Positions 1 through 12,827 of a stretch of 64,000 nucleotides of DNA are shown one piece after another. Below the pieces are notes generated by a model. It ran no database searches. It worked only from the letters and a program-made list of their open reading frames with translations, and was not told the origin of the DNA. The stretch comes from Azolla caroliniana (taxonomy: Eukaryota > Plantae > Polypodiophyta). Every line of letters starts with the position of its first letter. The first letter of the stretch is position 1. The stretch is taken from positions 1,612,001 to 1,676,000 of the forward strand of contig JBHGNT010000005.1 of the NCBI GenBank assembly GCA_043228905.1, written 5' to 3'. A program made the translations under genes and the position numbers.

Positions 1-1249
1 AGCTTTAGAGATTCTTTATTCGAATATGAAATTTGTGAATACAAATTGAGGATATTGGTTATTCCATTTTGAAAGCAAAACAAACATGAAGCAACTTCTT
101 ATTGTTTCACATAAATTTGTGAACAAAAAATCAATGAAATACATGCGATGGCATCTTCCAGTATGATCATCTCAAATTTGTTCAATAGACAACATGTTTC
201 ATGTTCCTTCATGGGTATTGAATTCAAGTCCTCATATGATGGTAGCATAGTATAATATTTCAAAATTACACTAAACATGTTAAATTAATATCTCAACCAA
301 GTTCTCATATGATGTGTATCCAGAAAGTACATTGGGCTTGAGTTTGCTTGGAACAAACTAGAGAAGCAAGAAACAAGATTGACTATGGATTTGTGAACAT
401 ATGGACTGGAGGATTACTAAAATATTGGGTTCTTAGACACTTCAAGCGCTTTATTATGAGGTTGAAGTATTTCGGTGGTAGCATCACCAAGTCAATCATG
501 AAAGAGTTTGAAAATGTCAAAAACGTCTTCTAATAAAGTTCGAGCCAAAACATGTGCCATTATCTATGCCCAATGTTGTCTTCTAAATAGGTTTTTTTGA
601 CATAACCTACCTTCTTGAATATGCTCAAAAACTCTCTTGGAACATGGGAGGCAAGTGCAACAATTTCATCAGAAAATGAAGTAATGTCAATTTGGTGTTG
701 GTATTGTTTATGTTTCTTGGCTCTTGCCTCACTTGTGAGGGAGTACTTTATATGTATTCTAACTTCTAATACATCTTGGCATGTTATTAATCGTTAAAAC
801 AAAGTTGTCCATACATGTTGTTATTACAATCTAAACTAGAAAAGACAATACATACCAGATTCTATCGTTTACAATTACATTTGTTATCATTAGAAATATA
901 TCTATAGGATCTTTCTAAAGAAATGGTTATATTGTATTATAATATGATTATTCTTGTATTCCATGTAATGAAACAAAAACAAGGTGGCCGCCTAACGAAA
1001 CATATTCCTCTTTTGGACTATTAAATGTTAGATAATTATTATAGTGATCATGTAGGTGTGTGCCAATGCACCTAAAAACATAAAAAGATATATGATTCAT
1101 ATCATACGATATATAAATTGAGGTTAACGATTCACATATATAATGATGTACAATACTAAAGAGCATACAAAAGTAAACATTCTAAGTTAGATATAAAACT
1201 AGCACACCACAATTCACTATGGAACCCCAACAACTTACCCTTCTTTTAT

Positions 1250-1950
1250 AGTTGCGGTAAATGGTTCCGAACGTGATCAAAATGGGAATTGCAACTGTTT
1301 GTTACTAGTATTTTTGACCAAGTCTTTAGGTAAAGTTCACCCTTCAATAACTATTTTATGGGAGGATATCAATTTATCCCCTCGGATGACGTACTTGGGT
1401 AAGATTGTCTCTTCACTTTTTAGCTACATTAGTCTTCATACCTTTGTGGGTCAAAGTTTTCCCCATTGTCTTGCTTTTTCTAGTCTAGCACTTTATCGAA
1501 TGAATAACTTCATTGAATCTAGCAATAAGATGGTATTGAAACAAGATAAATTGCTTTATTGAATTTTAACTTTAATAACTATCTAGATAGTAAACTCAAT
1601 ATATTTTATTATGTTAATCCAAGTTATGATATAGCAACGCTTTATAGCATTTCCATTGTATCCTTCCGTCCGGTTTGGGTTTCTTTCTAGAATAAGAAAA
1701 GATTAAAAGAAAATTTGAAACTTATAAAGTATGGTACTAGGAGCTAATTCTAATAGCTTGAAAGGGCACTACGGATAAGCTTTGACTTTATCTGGTTAAG
1801 AGACTAAGTTGGCAAAATATTATGAGTTTGATTAGATGGTTGAAAGTTATCGCAATAGGTCAATATAACAATTACAGTTAGTAACTTAGTAAGTTCACTT
1901 CTAAAAGGGCACCTTTGATAAACAAAGTTACATTGTCAAAGAACTTCTAG
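1250..1950 (+). mobile_element. Possible highly decayed LINE reverse-transcriptase relic
   Basis: Broken-frame peptides ISLHTFVGQSF... and ALLNFNFNNYLDS loosely follow the LINE RT order QxAFVxGR...LKLDFxKAxD. Many stops; boundaries approximate. Confidence 0.25.
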
Positions 1951-2024
1951 CCACTAACATATTTGTATATACTTGCTTAGGAGCATATAAATTTCTCTCT
2001 CTCACTCTCTCTCCCTATATATAC

Positions 2025-2027
<3 letters not shown>

Positions 2028-2070
<43 letters not shown>
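2028..2070. repeat. (TG)n microsatellite preceded by CT and TA runs
   Basis: Direct reading of the sequence. Confidence 0.97.
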
Positions 2071-2072
<2 letters not shown>

Positions 2073-5000
2073 CTTATCATTTCTAGATAATGTAATTGTG
2101 TCGATTGCCATTATGTGTATGTGCCAATATATTTTATTGCGTAGATCTATAAATACACAATTTAACTCATCCTAGATGTTAATGTATCACAACACCCAAA
2201 CATTTCAACCAATAATTTCCATAAATGAATTCCTCCAAGATATAGAAACAAACTCCTAGTATATGTTTTTCTATTATGATCCCATGACAATAATTAAGTT
2301 CATTTCATAGACATGTGTCCATGTTCCCAACTAGTCATTATGTTTAAGATGCATAAAAGAGAATTCTAGCTAAGGACGGGACATTGATTCCATTTTTTAA
2401 ACCAAAGTCAAGATGAACCCTTTCAAGTTTAGAACATATGATGGCTCGTGTTCTTGTTAAAAAGATTATTGTTCTACTATGTTGTTAATCAAAATAGATG
2501 TATATACGTGATTAGTCCTAATAATCAAAATAAATGTTGGGTGCCCAGTTCTTGACATGGACAAAGAGAAAAAAACGAAGTACAATTCTTCTGCCTAGCA
2601 AAAGGTTTCAAAGCGACCCCCCTTGACATATTTTGTTGAACCCTGATGTTCACATTGAGAAGAAAAATGCTTGCGAGGGGTTTATGCACATATATGAAAC
2701 CGCATCTCTAGAGAGAGTGACTCCATGGAGGCTTGTAGTGTGTGATGTAAACTGATGCGCAAATTCATGGCTCTGTTATAAATGACATGATTGTAGGTAT
2801 GCGTTGCAATTGCATCCATAACATTGACACATTCTAAAGTTACACATACAATGTGGAATATAATATAAGTACACACACTTACATTCAAATACACATGGCT
2901 AGGAGAGAAAATATTAATGTGAATGAACAATGATGTTGATTTCAAGTCCTGTCCACCAATTTTTACTTCTTGAATTCAGCGCAATGGACACATATTTGGG
3001 AACCTCTTTTTCCATCCCTATTTTTGCCCACTTTCGCATCTTGAAATGTCTCATGCCACTATGTGTGACCGAGGCCTAAAGGTATGAACATAAACAAGCT
3101 ACCACGTGACATCTAATGGTGTTATTATGATAAGATGCTTCAATAAAAGTTCATTAGGTATTGCGCTAGGTACGTCTAAACTTTCTATAATATATTCTAA
3201 TCTTTTACACAAAAAGTAAAATATAAAGGAAGTGACAAATATACCAAGCTTGCAATGTACTAATGGGTAACAACTTGTTAAAAGCAAGTAAATTGAAATA
3301 TACGACCTCACAAGGGGACAACAAGGTGAAGGGCAATGGCCAAACAAGGTTTTATTCCCCACTTGGCGGAAAACTAAAAACCAGAAACCAAATATGAAAC
3401 TAGGAAACTTTGGGAGATTTGTTGTTTTTGTAGCATTTAAAAAGGTGGTGATGTTGAAAATGCGATTTAGTTTTGTTTGGAGAATGGTATAGTTTGGAAG
3501 GATACTTGAGATTGGACAAAACAATCAATGTCTCTAGACAAGTGTTGTTGAATTCTTGTCCTCGTGCGTTCTTATCCTATGGGAACAAAAGTTTATTCTA
3601 AAAAGTCAATTATCTTACCCTCAAGAAGCCATAACGTATATATGGTTTACTTTTCATTTATAAAACTAACAAAAAGATGATTCTCATCATGAATTTTAAT
3701 CTAGGTTTTGTAGGGTCTTGTCAAAGAGGATTAAAAGGATTGATTACATTAGTTAGTGATATCTTAATGGAACGTTTTTTTATTCACCTCAAAAACATTA
3801 TTTGCATTGACCTTTAAAATTGCCAGCTTAACAAACATTACTTTCAACACAAATGTTCTCCTTTCAAAGAAAATCTGATATGTTTTTTTGCATCGTGTGT
3901 ATTCACAAGGGACTAAAATAAATGCGGCATTTTGAAACACAGAATGAAAAGTAATTTACAATACAGCAACAATAACTAGTCATTTGATATTGAAGAATAC
4001 CCTTACTATGTGAGAATGCGCGCATGTACGCAAACAAGTTGTATCCCGAACTTCTATCAACCCAAGATAGATTCATTGATGGAAGGATGTAAAATGTTTT
4101 GGTCACATAAGTCTAACTTTTCAATATATCGGACGATTCATAGCAAGAAAAGGAATATGTGAATTCATAACTTATATTATATAAGAACAAATCTTCTCTC
4201 AATTTTGACACAAACTATGCCATTTGTGTATAGCTATTGCTTCCCTAACCTCCTTTTTGAGCAAACATTTTGTCTTGCTATCAATCCATCAAGAGTTTAA
4301 GGCGTTTGTATTAAAAAGGGAGTAAAAGACAAGAAATCTGTGTTGGAATAATAAGAGAGGGGTTGGTGTAGTGGTTTAATTCAGATGATGTGTATGTATT
4401 TTTGTGTCCCAAACAAGATTCAAATATGTCAAGCTACTAATACATTTTAGTACAATATTAATGTCTCGTAGTGTCCAATTTTTGGACCAATTCTTGATGA
4501 TTCACAAATCAATAGTTTTCCAAACATGTCTATCTAGAGAGGACACTTCATATACAAAATGAATCGAGAATACACTGCCCAACCTTGATGTTTCTAAATG
4601 AGACAAAATCAAATCAATACAGAAATTTTACACTTTACAAGTATACAAGTTTTACAGAGTTAAGTTTAGCATGGATGTCGATTAGAAAAAAGGTACCAAA
4701 ACGTTACAAGATGTGTGTGCAAGATATCTCATGTTCCAAACTTTGGGCAACTTCCTACCTTCTTTCAATATTAAATCTCAAAATGTGATACCCTGTTACG
4801 CTCATTGTACAAATTTATTTTGTTTGCTTTTATCGTTGAAATAAATTGCATGTAACTTTTATGTTGTTTCAAACCTATGAAGTTGCCCCACTCCCCTCTC
4901 CATATTCTAGGTTGTAGATTGTAGCCATAGAAGAAGGGAAGTGAGGACACCTATGTGCCTATCATTAAAGCAGTAATGTAAACTTTGGAATTATGCTTTT

Positions 5001-8000
5001 TCTAAGAACTAAGGTACAAAATATCATTTGAAAGTGGCTCGATGTAAATTTTGAGCAGATGCTAATACCCTCTACAATCTTAGCATGTGTGAGCACTGAG
5101 ATATATATAGATGTTTGATATCTCTATTCGTTTTCTTTGTTGGTTTGCGTACTCACCCAATATGTCGTGCAAACACCAATAGAAGGTAGCCAATGTATTT
5201 GATTTAGCACATTGAAGATAGTTGTATGAAATTTTCCTTCAACAAAACCAAAATCCTCAGTCTTTGATTTAGCACATTGCAGATAGTTGTGTACACTCTG
5301 GTTTTCCTTCACATGCGTGTCCATGCAAACGTGTGCTTGATGACATTTCATATTATACCACCTACATTGCTAGAAGTTATGAATTAGCATTATGCCCCAA
5401 ATTTTAATTGAGTAACTTTTATTTCATTTTTTCCTTTCTGGGTGGATTGGGGGAGTGTCATAAATACCAAGTTGGTCATGATAAAACAATAATGTTCATA
5501 TTTGGTAACAATACCCACATAATATTTCCATTCCTCCATTATGGCACTTGGAAATGAAAGTTCAAAGCATTATTAACTATTTGGATGTGTTGTGAGATAG
5601 ACGACAAAGAGGGTTACGATGCCATACGTGACCATGAATGACCGACTCTTAGTATTTAGCTATTCTCATGTGTATTTAGCACACTTATATATACATATGC
5701 TTAAATAACCAAAACATACATACCATATCATTCAACAATGTACTCAAACATTCATGATAATCCTTCATATGAGGCATGAGTTGAAGACATGATGAGTTAC
5801 ACAATTTGTTATTGGCAGGTTGATAAACAATCCTTTAAAGGCCAAGAAGAAAGATTGATCAATATTAACAAGAATTGTAATTTTTTATGCAACCTTTCTA
5901 AAGATAGAACGATATGAATACAATTGTCAACCATGAAAACTTAGAAGTATTTTTTCTCTAGTTTTAAAGTTTTACAAATTTACTTTTTGAACCTAATAAG
6001 ATGCACCGGTGATACCTTGCTTTATGTATCTACAAGATTTGGAAGTGACATGTGAACAATACACTACATATGAGCTATACACACCAAGTCCAAATAATTT
6101 ATCATTTCTAATGTTCATTTATAACTTTTGTGAGAAACAAACATGATATCCTTGCATGATTATAACATCTTAAATTAAGCTCTAGTAATTTTGTTTCATA
6201 ATATTAAATTAATTAGATTATTATATAAAAAAGTAGATATTATTCACTAAGTTACCCTAAATCTACCGAGTATCACATTTCATGTAATCCTATTTTATCC
6301 GAAATCAATTTTAAAAAGTCGTGAAAATGTGATGCTTTGTTTTTATCATAAACATTGACAACCTTCATACTAAAGAAAAAAACGTTGAGATAATAGGTAA
6401 TCCATTTGTGTGCTGTGCATACGGTCGAACGTGTTTGCCATATTCAAGAAGCTCCATTTGTTATAATCTAAGAGATGCATAAAAAGATTTGCTTCCATAA
6501 AATCGACTCTATTTTATAGATTCCCAATCTACATGTTCTTAATTATTAGAAAACTATGCGGGTGGTTATGTATACTGCTATAGTTAGTTTCATTCTACGC
6601 CACATATCAAACAATACCTCACTACATTTTAATAACAAGTGGTGGTAACACACCTAGATAAGCATGCTTGAGTAAAATGAGAACGTCAATGGTCTAACCT
6701 CTAGTTGTTTGCAAGCCTCCACATTGATGTAAAGTTTAAACCAACATAAAAAAAGTAGAGCTTGAAGAAGCAAAGTAATAATTCTCTAGTGCAAGCAATA
6801 TTGGAAAGTCACCATTATCACCTACAAGAACATAGACATTTAAATCACTTATGGTAAGTGGTGTTTTTAATGATATCATCTTTCATTCATTTGAACATTT
6901 TAAAAATCAACTAAAAAATGCATAAGATGAAATTGCATTTGGTACATCAAACTTAAAAGTTGAGAATATGTGGTTATGTTTGTACAATGATCATGCAACA
7001 AATTAGATAATTTTATCCTTGGCTTACCTTGCATACATATTCTCAAGAATTGTAGAACAAGATAGAACTCAAGAGTAGACATATGTACGAATTAACTAGT
7101 GTTATCGTAATAAATCCAAGATGGTGTTTATATATGCATAGGATCATCATGTATAATCTACCAAAGATCATTGATGAGAATGCTCGGATCGATGAGCTCA
7201 AGGTGTTGTATAACACATTTATGTACGTGCACACACACGACACATACATTACATAATTCTGAGAGACGTCTTATGGACATAGAGTCACTTTGCACATACA
7301 AAGTACATCATGAGTTGGGTAGGAAACATTACATTTTATTCTTCCCATTGGTTGAACCATCCATCACAGTAAACCTTTTGTCCATATGCATTTTGTTGGT
7401 TTCATGCTGTTTGTTTTTATACCTTTACACGTCATGAATAATACAAATGTACATTGAATTCCAATTCTTTTCTGGCTCCCTGATATCTAGACATAGGATT
7501 TTCTACCTATCTATCACATCCTTCGTAAAAAACTTTTAGAGTCTCTTTTGGCTTTGCATTTGTCTTGTTAGCTATCTTGGCTATCTATCTATATAATAGA
7601 AGGTTGTATTCACTCTCAACTAGATTTGGAATGAATGAGTGGCACTAGCACCTACTAGTACTTTTATATAAAACTCGGATAAGTAATAGGAGGCCAAATT
7701 AGAGTCATGCAAAGAAACAAAGCAAGTAAATCATCATCAAGCCTTCATACACTATTCTTGAGTCTTGACATTTTAAAGTAGTATATATGGTATTCTTAAC
7801 CACCTAGGTAGGACTTCTTAACCATCCTCACCTCAATGACCAACTTGTATACGAAATCCAACAATGTCCTTTCAACTTATTTGGGGAAATGGCCATACAC
7901 GAGGTTCAATATGTCGATATATGGTTTGTCTATATGGTTTGTCTAGCAATAAAGTCTGGTAAGCATGTGGGACATGGTGGCATGAGAAATAACCAAGAGG

Positions 8001-9010
8001 ATATTGACACTTGGTATTGGATTGCACAAACTTCTATGCAAATGACATAGAAATGTTTCTTTACACTTTTCCTCTAAGTTACATGGTTTAGTATGTACAA
8101 TTAACTAAAGAGTATTTAATGGTCACATTATGTACAAAAACCCTACTAATAGATGAAGTAGTAGTAGTAGGATTTTTGGAAAAAAAAATAAAAAAATACA
8201 TGAAGTAGTTGTTCTTTAATGCATAAGAATAGACAAAACCTGCACTGTTACAAATGTTGGTGTACTAACAAACTTCATGCATGAGAAGGAGAGTGGATGC
8301 ATCAATAACTAGGAAACTTCAGTGATAATAGAACATTGTAAGAAGGTGTTGGTGCATGGACTATTGGAAAATTAATATTATATGAAGAAAATAGGATAAC
8401 AAGAAATTAATGTCTTACAAAATAGTATTTAATAATTAGTTGGTTGAGTCTCACTCTCAATTCATATAGAACTAAGAAAGTTTTTGCCAACAAGTCAATT
8501 GATTATAGTTCCGCTCTTCACATACTAAAACTTCTTGTCTACAATGGGTGCACCGGTCAAGGGAAGATCATTCGGCCCAATTAATGCAAACCCTCAATAG
8601 GCATAGAGTTATGCATCATGTGTTTGTGATTCCTATTTGTTGCCGCAAATTAAGTGCCAATGGCTAGCATTCCCCAGGTAGACCAAAGAATTGTGAAATA
8701 GCACAATTGGACATTTAGACCCCACACATTTTTAGCATTTTTCGAGAAAATAAGTACATTAATCCCTAGTGGAAGGTCATGAGTAATAGCTACTATAACA
8801 ACCATTCAATGAGTATTGACATTGTGTAATTTATGGAAGCCATGATGACATTGCCAAGTTTTTACAAGAAATAATTGACCAAGGATTCTTTACCTACTGT
8901 TTTATTGCAGTTTGATATTTATTGATAACCTTAAGTAAGAATGTGTGGCATCCATTAATATAAACTTGTCATGCCAATTTTATACATGCAAGCCCCAAAA
9001 AGGGGTTTGA

Positions 9011-9100
9011 CTCTTGGTCATTGTAGAATGAGATGCCACATTAATAAATGATCATCTCTCTTGGTCATCCTAGAATGAGATGCTACATTAATAAATGATC
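9011..9100. repeat. Two-copy tandem duplication, 47-bp period
   Basis: ctcttggtca..tagaatgagatgc.acattaataaatgatc at 9011 and 9058. Confidence 0.9.
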
Positions 9101-12004
9101 CAAGTAAGATATAGTAGTAAACTTGTAGCAATGAGAGGAAGTTACAGAAGATTGTAGAATGCCAATGCAAAGACTCCAAATGATATACAACAAGGGGGGA
9201 AAAGTATGATGTAACATGAAGGATCTAATGGCAATGAGGATCTCTCACTTGCTTATGAATGACCTAAAGAAGAAATTGCATCTTTAGGAGTCGGTCCAGA
9301 AAATAGGGTTGGCAATAGGAGGGGGGGACTGTCCATAAGAGTCCACGATGGCTTGGAAAGGAGAGGGGTTATTTTTTTGGGGGGGGGATTGTTCATAAGC
9401 TTCTTCAAATGGAGCTTTCCCTTTTAGGAAGGCACGTGAAAAGCAATTGAAGATGAGAATCATAGTACGTAAAATTCGTGTTCGTCTAACATAACATTTG
9501 TTTTCCTACGTTGGAAAACGAATGTGAATGTTATTCAAACATTCTTGTGATTTTTTTTTTTGTTTTTTCCCATTTTTTAAAAGTTTTTTTCCATTTTTTA
9601 GGCTTATTTACCTCATAATAAATAGTTAATCCAAAAGTATGGTATTTATCATTCTTTGAGGGTATTTTTCTTACGCAAATGATTGAAATGTATGGTACGT
9701 ATGGTTCATACTATGATGAGAATAATGCCAAGGAATGAGAGGGCCTCAAAAATAGAGGCCCAAGCAAAGTTTAAGATGGGAAGTTATCTAGGGAGATAAA
9801 AAGGGGAGTTCCACCTACAAAAAAGAAAAGATGGCGGGACTAATGAAGTAATCGTAATACTCCCAAGATTTAGGGATGTGGTTGGAGATTTGGTGAAATT
9901 ATAGAATAGGTTAATAGGCCTACCAAACATTCCTTGAGAGTAATATAGGTATTTTTCTTCATTAGGGTAAAAAATACATGCTATTTATAGTCCAATGGTT
10001 AGTTTTCGTGGATTTAAGAAAAACTAGACTATTCATACCACAAAAAACTAGAGGTCCTTCACCACTTCCAACTAGGAATTGGGTGTGGATATATTTCGAT
10101 TCCTTTTCCTGTTGATTATTGTTTGATTAGCCTACTTGTGTTATTCTTATTTTTTAACGATGTGTTCCAGGTGATTGTAACTACGCTTATGTCTACCTCG
10201 CATGGTACAACAAACAACAAATGGATTCCCTTTATTTCTCGAGAGATACAATATCAAGTGGTCATGATCACGACTAGGGCATGTGGCCTCTTATTTAAAG
10301 CAAGAAAGTGTATGGAGATTATGTACACGGTTTGTTGGTAATTTAATCATTTCATTTCAATCAAGCCTATGTTAGATATAATCAATGATCAGCCGGAAGT
10401 TGTAAATCTATCCCCATATGTGCTCTTAGAGTGCACATTTTGTGATAGTGCCCCAAATGAGGAGCGGCTAGTGTGCAACTCGACCATATGGGTCGATAAG
10501 GTGTTAATCTAGGAAACTGTAGATGCGAGGACACAATTTAAGAAAGAGTGAAATAGGTAAGAGGATTGGCTAATCAAGTTAACTAGAATATTTTGTGGGC
10601 AAGTTACAATGTACTTAGTCTTGAAGTATGTGCCATTGACTTCAAGATAAGTACTATCTAGCACTAGCATGTACCTAGGTAGTTGGGTCATATTAAATGA
10701 CAAGTCAATTGACAGAAAAGGAATATCTCCACTACTATCAACTGACATGCACATTTAATGTTACACTCAAACCAAACAGAGAATATAATCCACTGTCTTA
10801 CACAATGGTGTATTGATCATTAGTCCCCACTAATTTTGTAGTGAGTTGGTCCAAATCCCATCTAAGCTCTAAGGTGTGAGTGCATGGGTGAACTACCAAT
10901 GTGAGTTACTCTCATATGTAATAGAAGTTTTGATTTCATATATCCATTTCTGTAGTTGTAACTCTATATACCTATCTAATCGATTCTCAATATTTCTAAC
11001 AACCTACACATAGGGCCTCAAGGTCCTCCTTTTTGGTTCCAAGTATCATTTCTGAACATACAAACTAGAATCTGTTCAATATTGCCAATTATTTTAGTGT
11101 AATGTGAAAATACTTCTTCACTATGTCTACTATCTTGATTGTCATATGCCTCATAATCTAGATATTAAATGTGGAAGTGCTGGCACTTGTATTAATACTT
11201 GTTTGTATAATTACACCAAGGCTCTGTAACAAGAACCAAATTTCTAGGTAATTGCCATTGTTGATGTGGGATAGCACATAATATTGTTTGTGGGGGTTTA
11301 GGAAGTGACTTAAGCATTTGTGTTTGTCCAAATCTCCCATTGGTTGTCTTCTTGTAGTTTAGATTTTTGTCTCGCATTTATAACTTTGGGCATTTGTGAC
11401 CCGTGTGGGGGCCATGACATGGAAGGCAATGTACATTCTCATGGATTTCATATCCAAAGGGTTCTTCTTTCTTCTTAGTGTAGTGTGTGACTACTAGGAT
11501 TTGAAGCCATCTTTGTGGGTGTTTGAAATCCGCCATTGAATTTTTGAACCTCATGTCTATAGTGCACGCATGATTGAAAGTTGTGACACTAGTTATGGGG
11601 TGACCGCTCAGAAGAAAGTCGAATGAGGATCAGAAGGGAAGAGTGTCGAAAACCGACCAGAACAGACTCACAAGAAGAGCGAAATTGACACGTTCGTAAA
11701 CATAAGGGGCTGAAGAAATAGCACTGAGTGAGGATACCGACTTGAAAGGAAACGATCGAGAGGTGAACGAACTCAGATACAGATCGAGGATCCAACGAGG
11801 AGCACAGGAGCAGAAACGTGCGAGATATGAACAATCGACACAAGTTCGAAATCGAGAATTGGACACAAGACAACTTCAACAGTCGAACCAATTCGAACGA
11901 AGGACGATGTGAACACGTTGATTCGACCAACTTGGACAAGCCGAAACTTGAGGCTAACCGAATCAGGCTAGACATCGACTTCACCTTTGCCAACTCAACT
12001 TTAT

Positions 12005-12039
12005 AACACCGGGTCATTTAGAACATGTAATATGTCGCA
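12005..12039 (+). repeat. Left terminal inverted repeat
   Basis: Imperfect inverted match to 18804-18838. Confidence 0.85.
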
Positions 12040-12827
12040 TTCCTTTATTGATAAATACATGAGATGTCAAGAATTACTATTTGTGAACAAACTTTCAAGA
12101 ATGTATCACGCATGCGCACACGACTTTTAAAAACCTCACTAAAAAATATAGTTAATATTATCAAGATTTGAAATTTAACCTATATTTTCTCAATTTACAC
12201 ATAAATTTATCCGACTCTTAGGTTAGATTACGGGAATGCATCCCCATCATAATTGTAATATGCTTCATTGTACATAATGTTGAATTCGAATCCAACTTAA
12301 CAAATTTAGAAATGCAACTGTGTTGCTATATTTGTCTCTAAATCCTATAAAGATTGTTATATTGAATTAGTAAATAGCATTTTTGGATATAATTAGAAAC
12401 ATATTCGCAAATGAATATCGCATGATATACCACACATGCCCAAAAACTACTACGAACATTATATCCCAATCATACATGAACACTGTGAATGTATTATCAA
12501 GTGAGCAACAACGTTGGCTTAATATTATTGTGTTTACTAGAAACTCAATAACCAAGATTAAAGACAACATAGATCATACAATAAAGCTTAATTCAATTAT
12601 ATTAATCAAGAAACAATTAGAACCAACATTTGTCATACTATGGATAGTTCATCATCTTCTATCAATAAAAATTATACTTAACCACATACTTTACGAGTCA
12701 ACCTTTGCAAACATATTATAGACACTTAAAGTTCGAGACACCAATCGAATAGTGTAAAAAAAATCTTATATTACAAAACAAGTTTAGGGTTATAAGTTTT
12801 TAGTTACAAATACAAAGTATTATACAA

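Noticed and set aside
1-11590. Short ORFs and possible retroelement or transposase relics (for example 3100-3750, 7400-9000, 10400-11200)
   Set aside because: Only faint motif echoes in AT-rich, stop-ridden sequence; cannot be assigned or bounded without a profile search.
12383-12721. 112-aa ORF inside the left end of the DNA transposon as a possible third gene
   Set aside because: Low-complexity AT-rich translation with a TTG start and no motifs; more likely subterminal or 3' UTR sequence.
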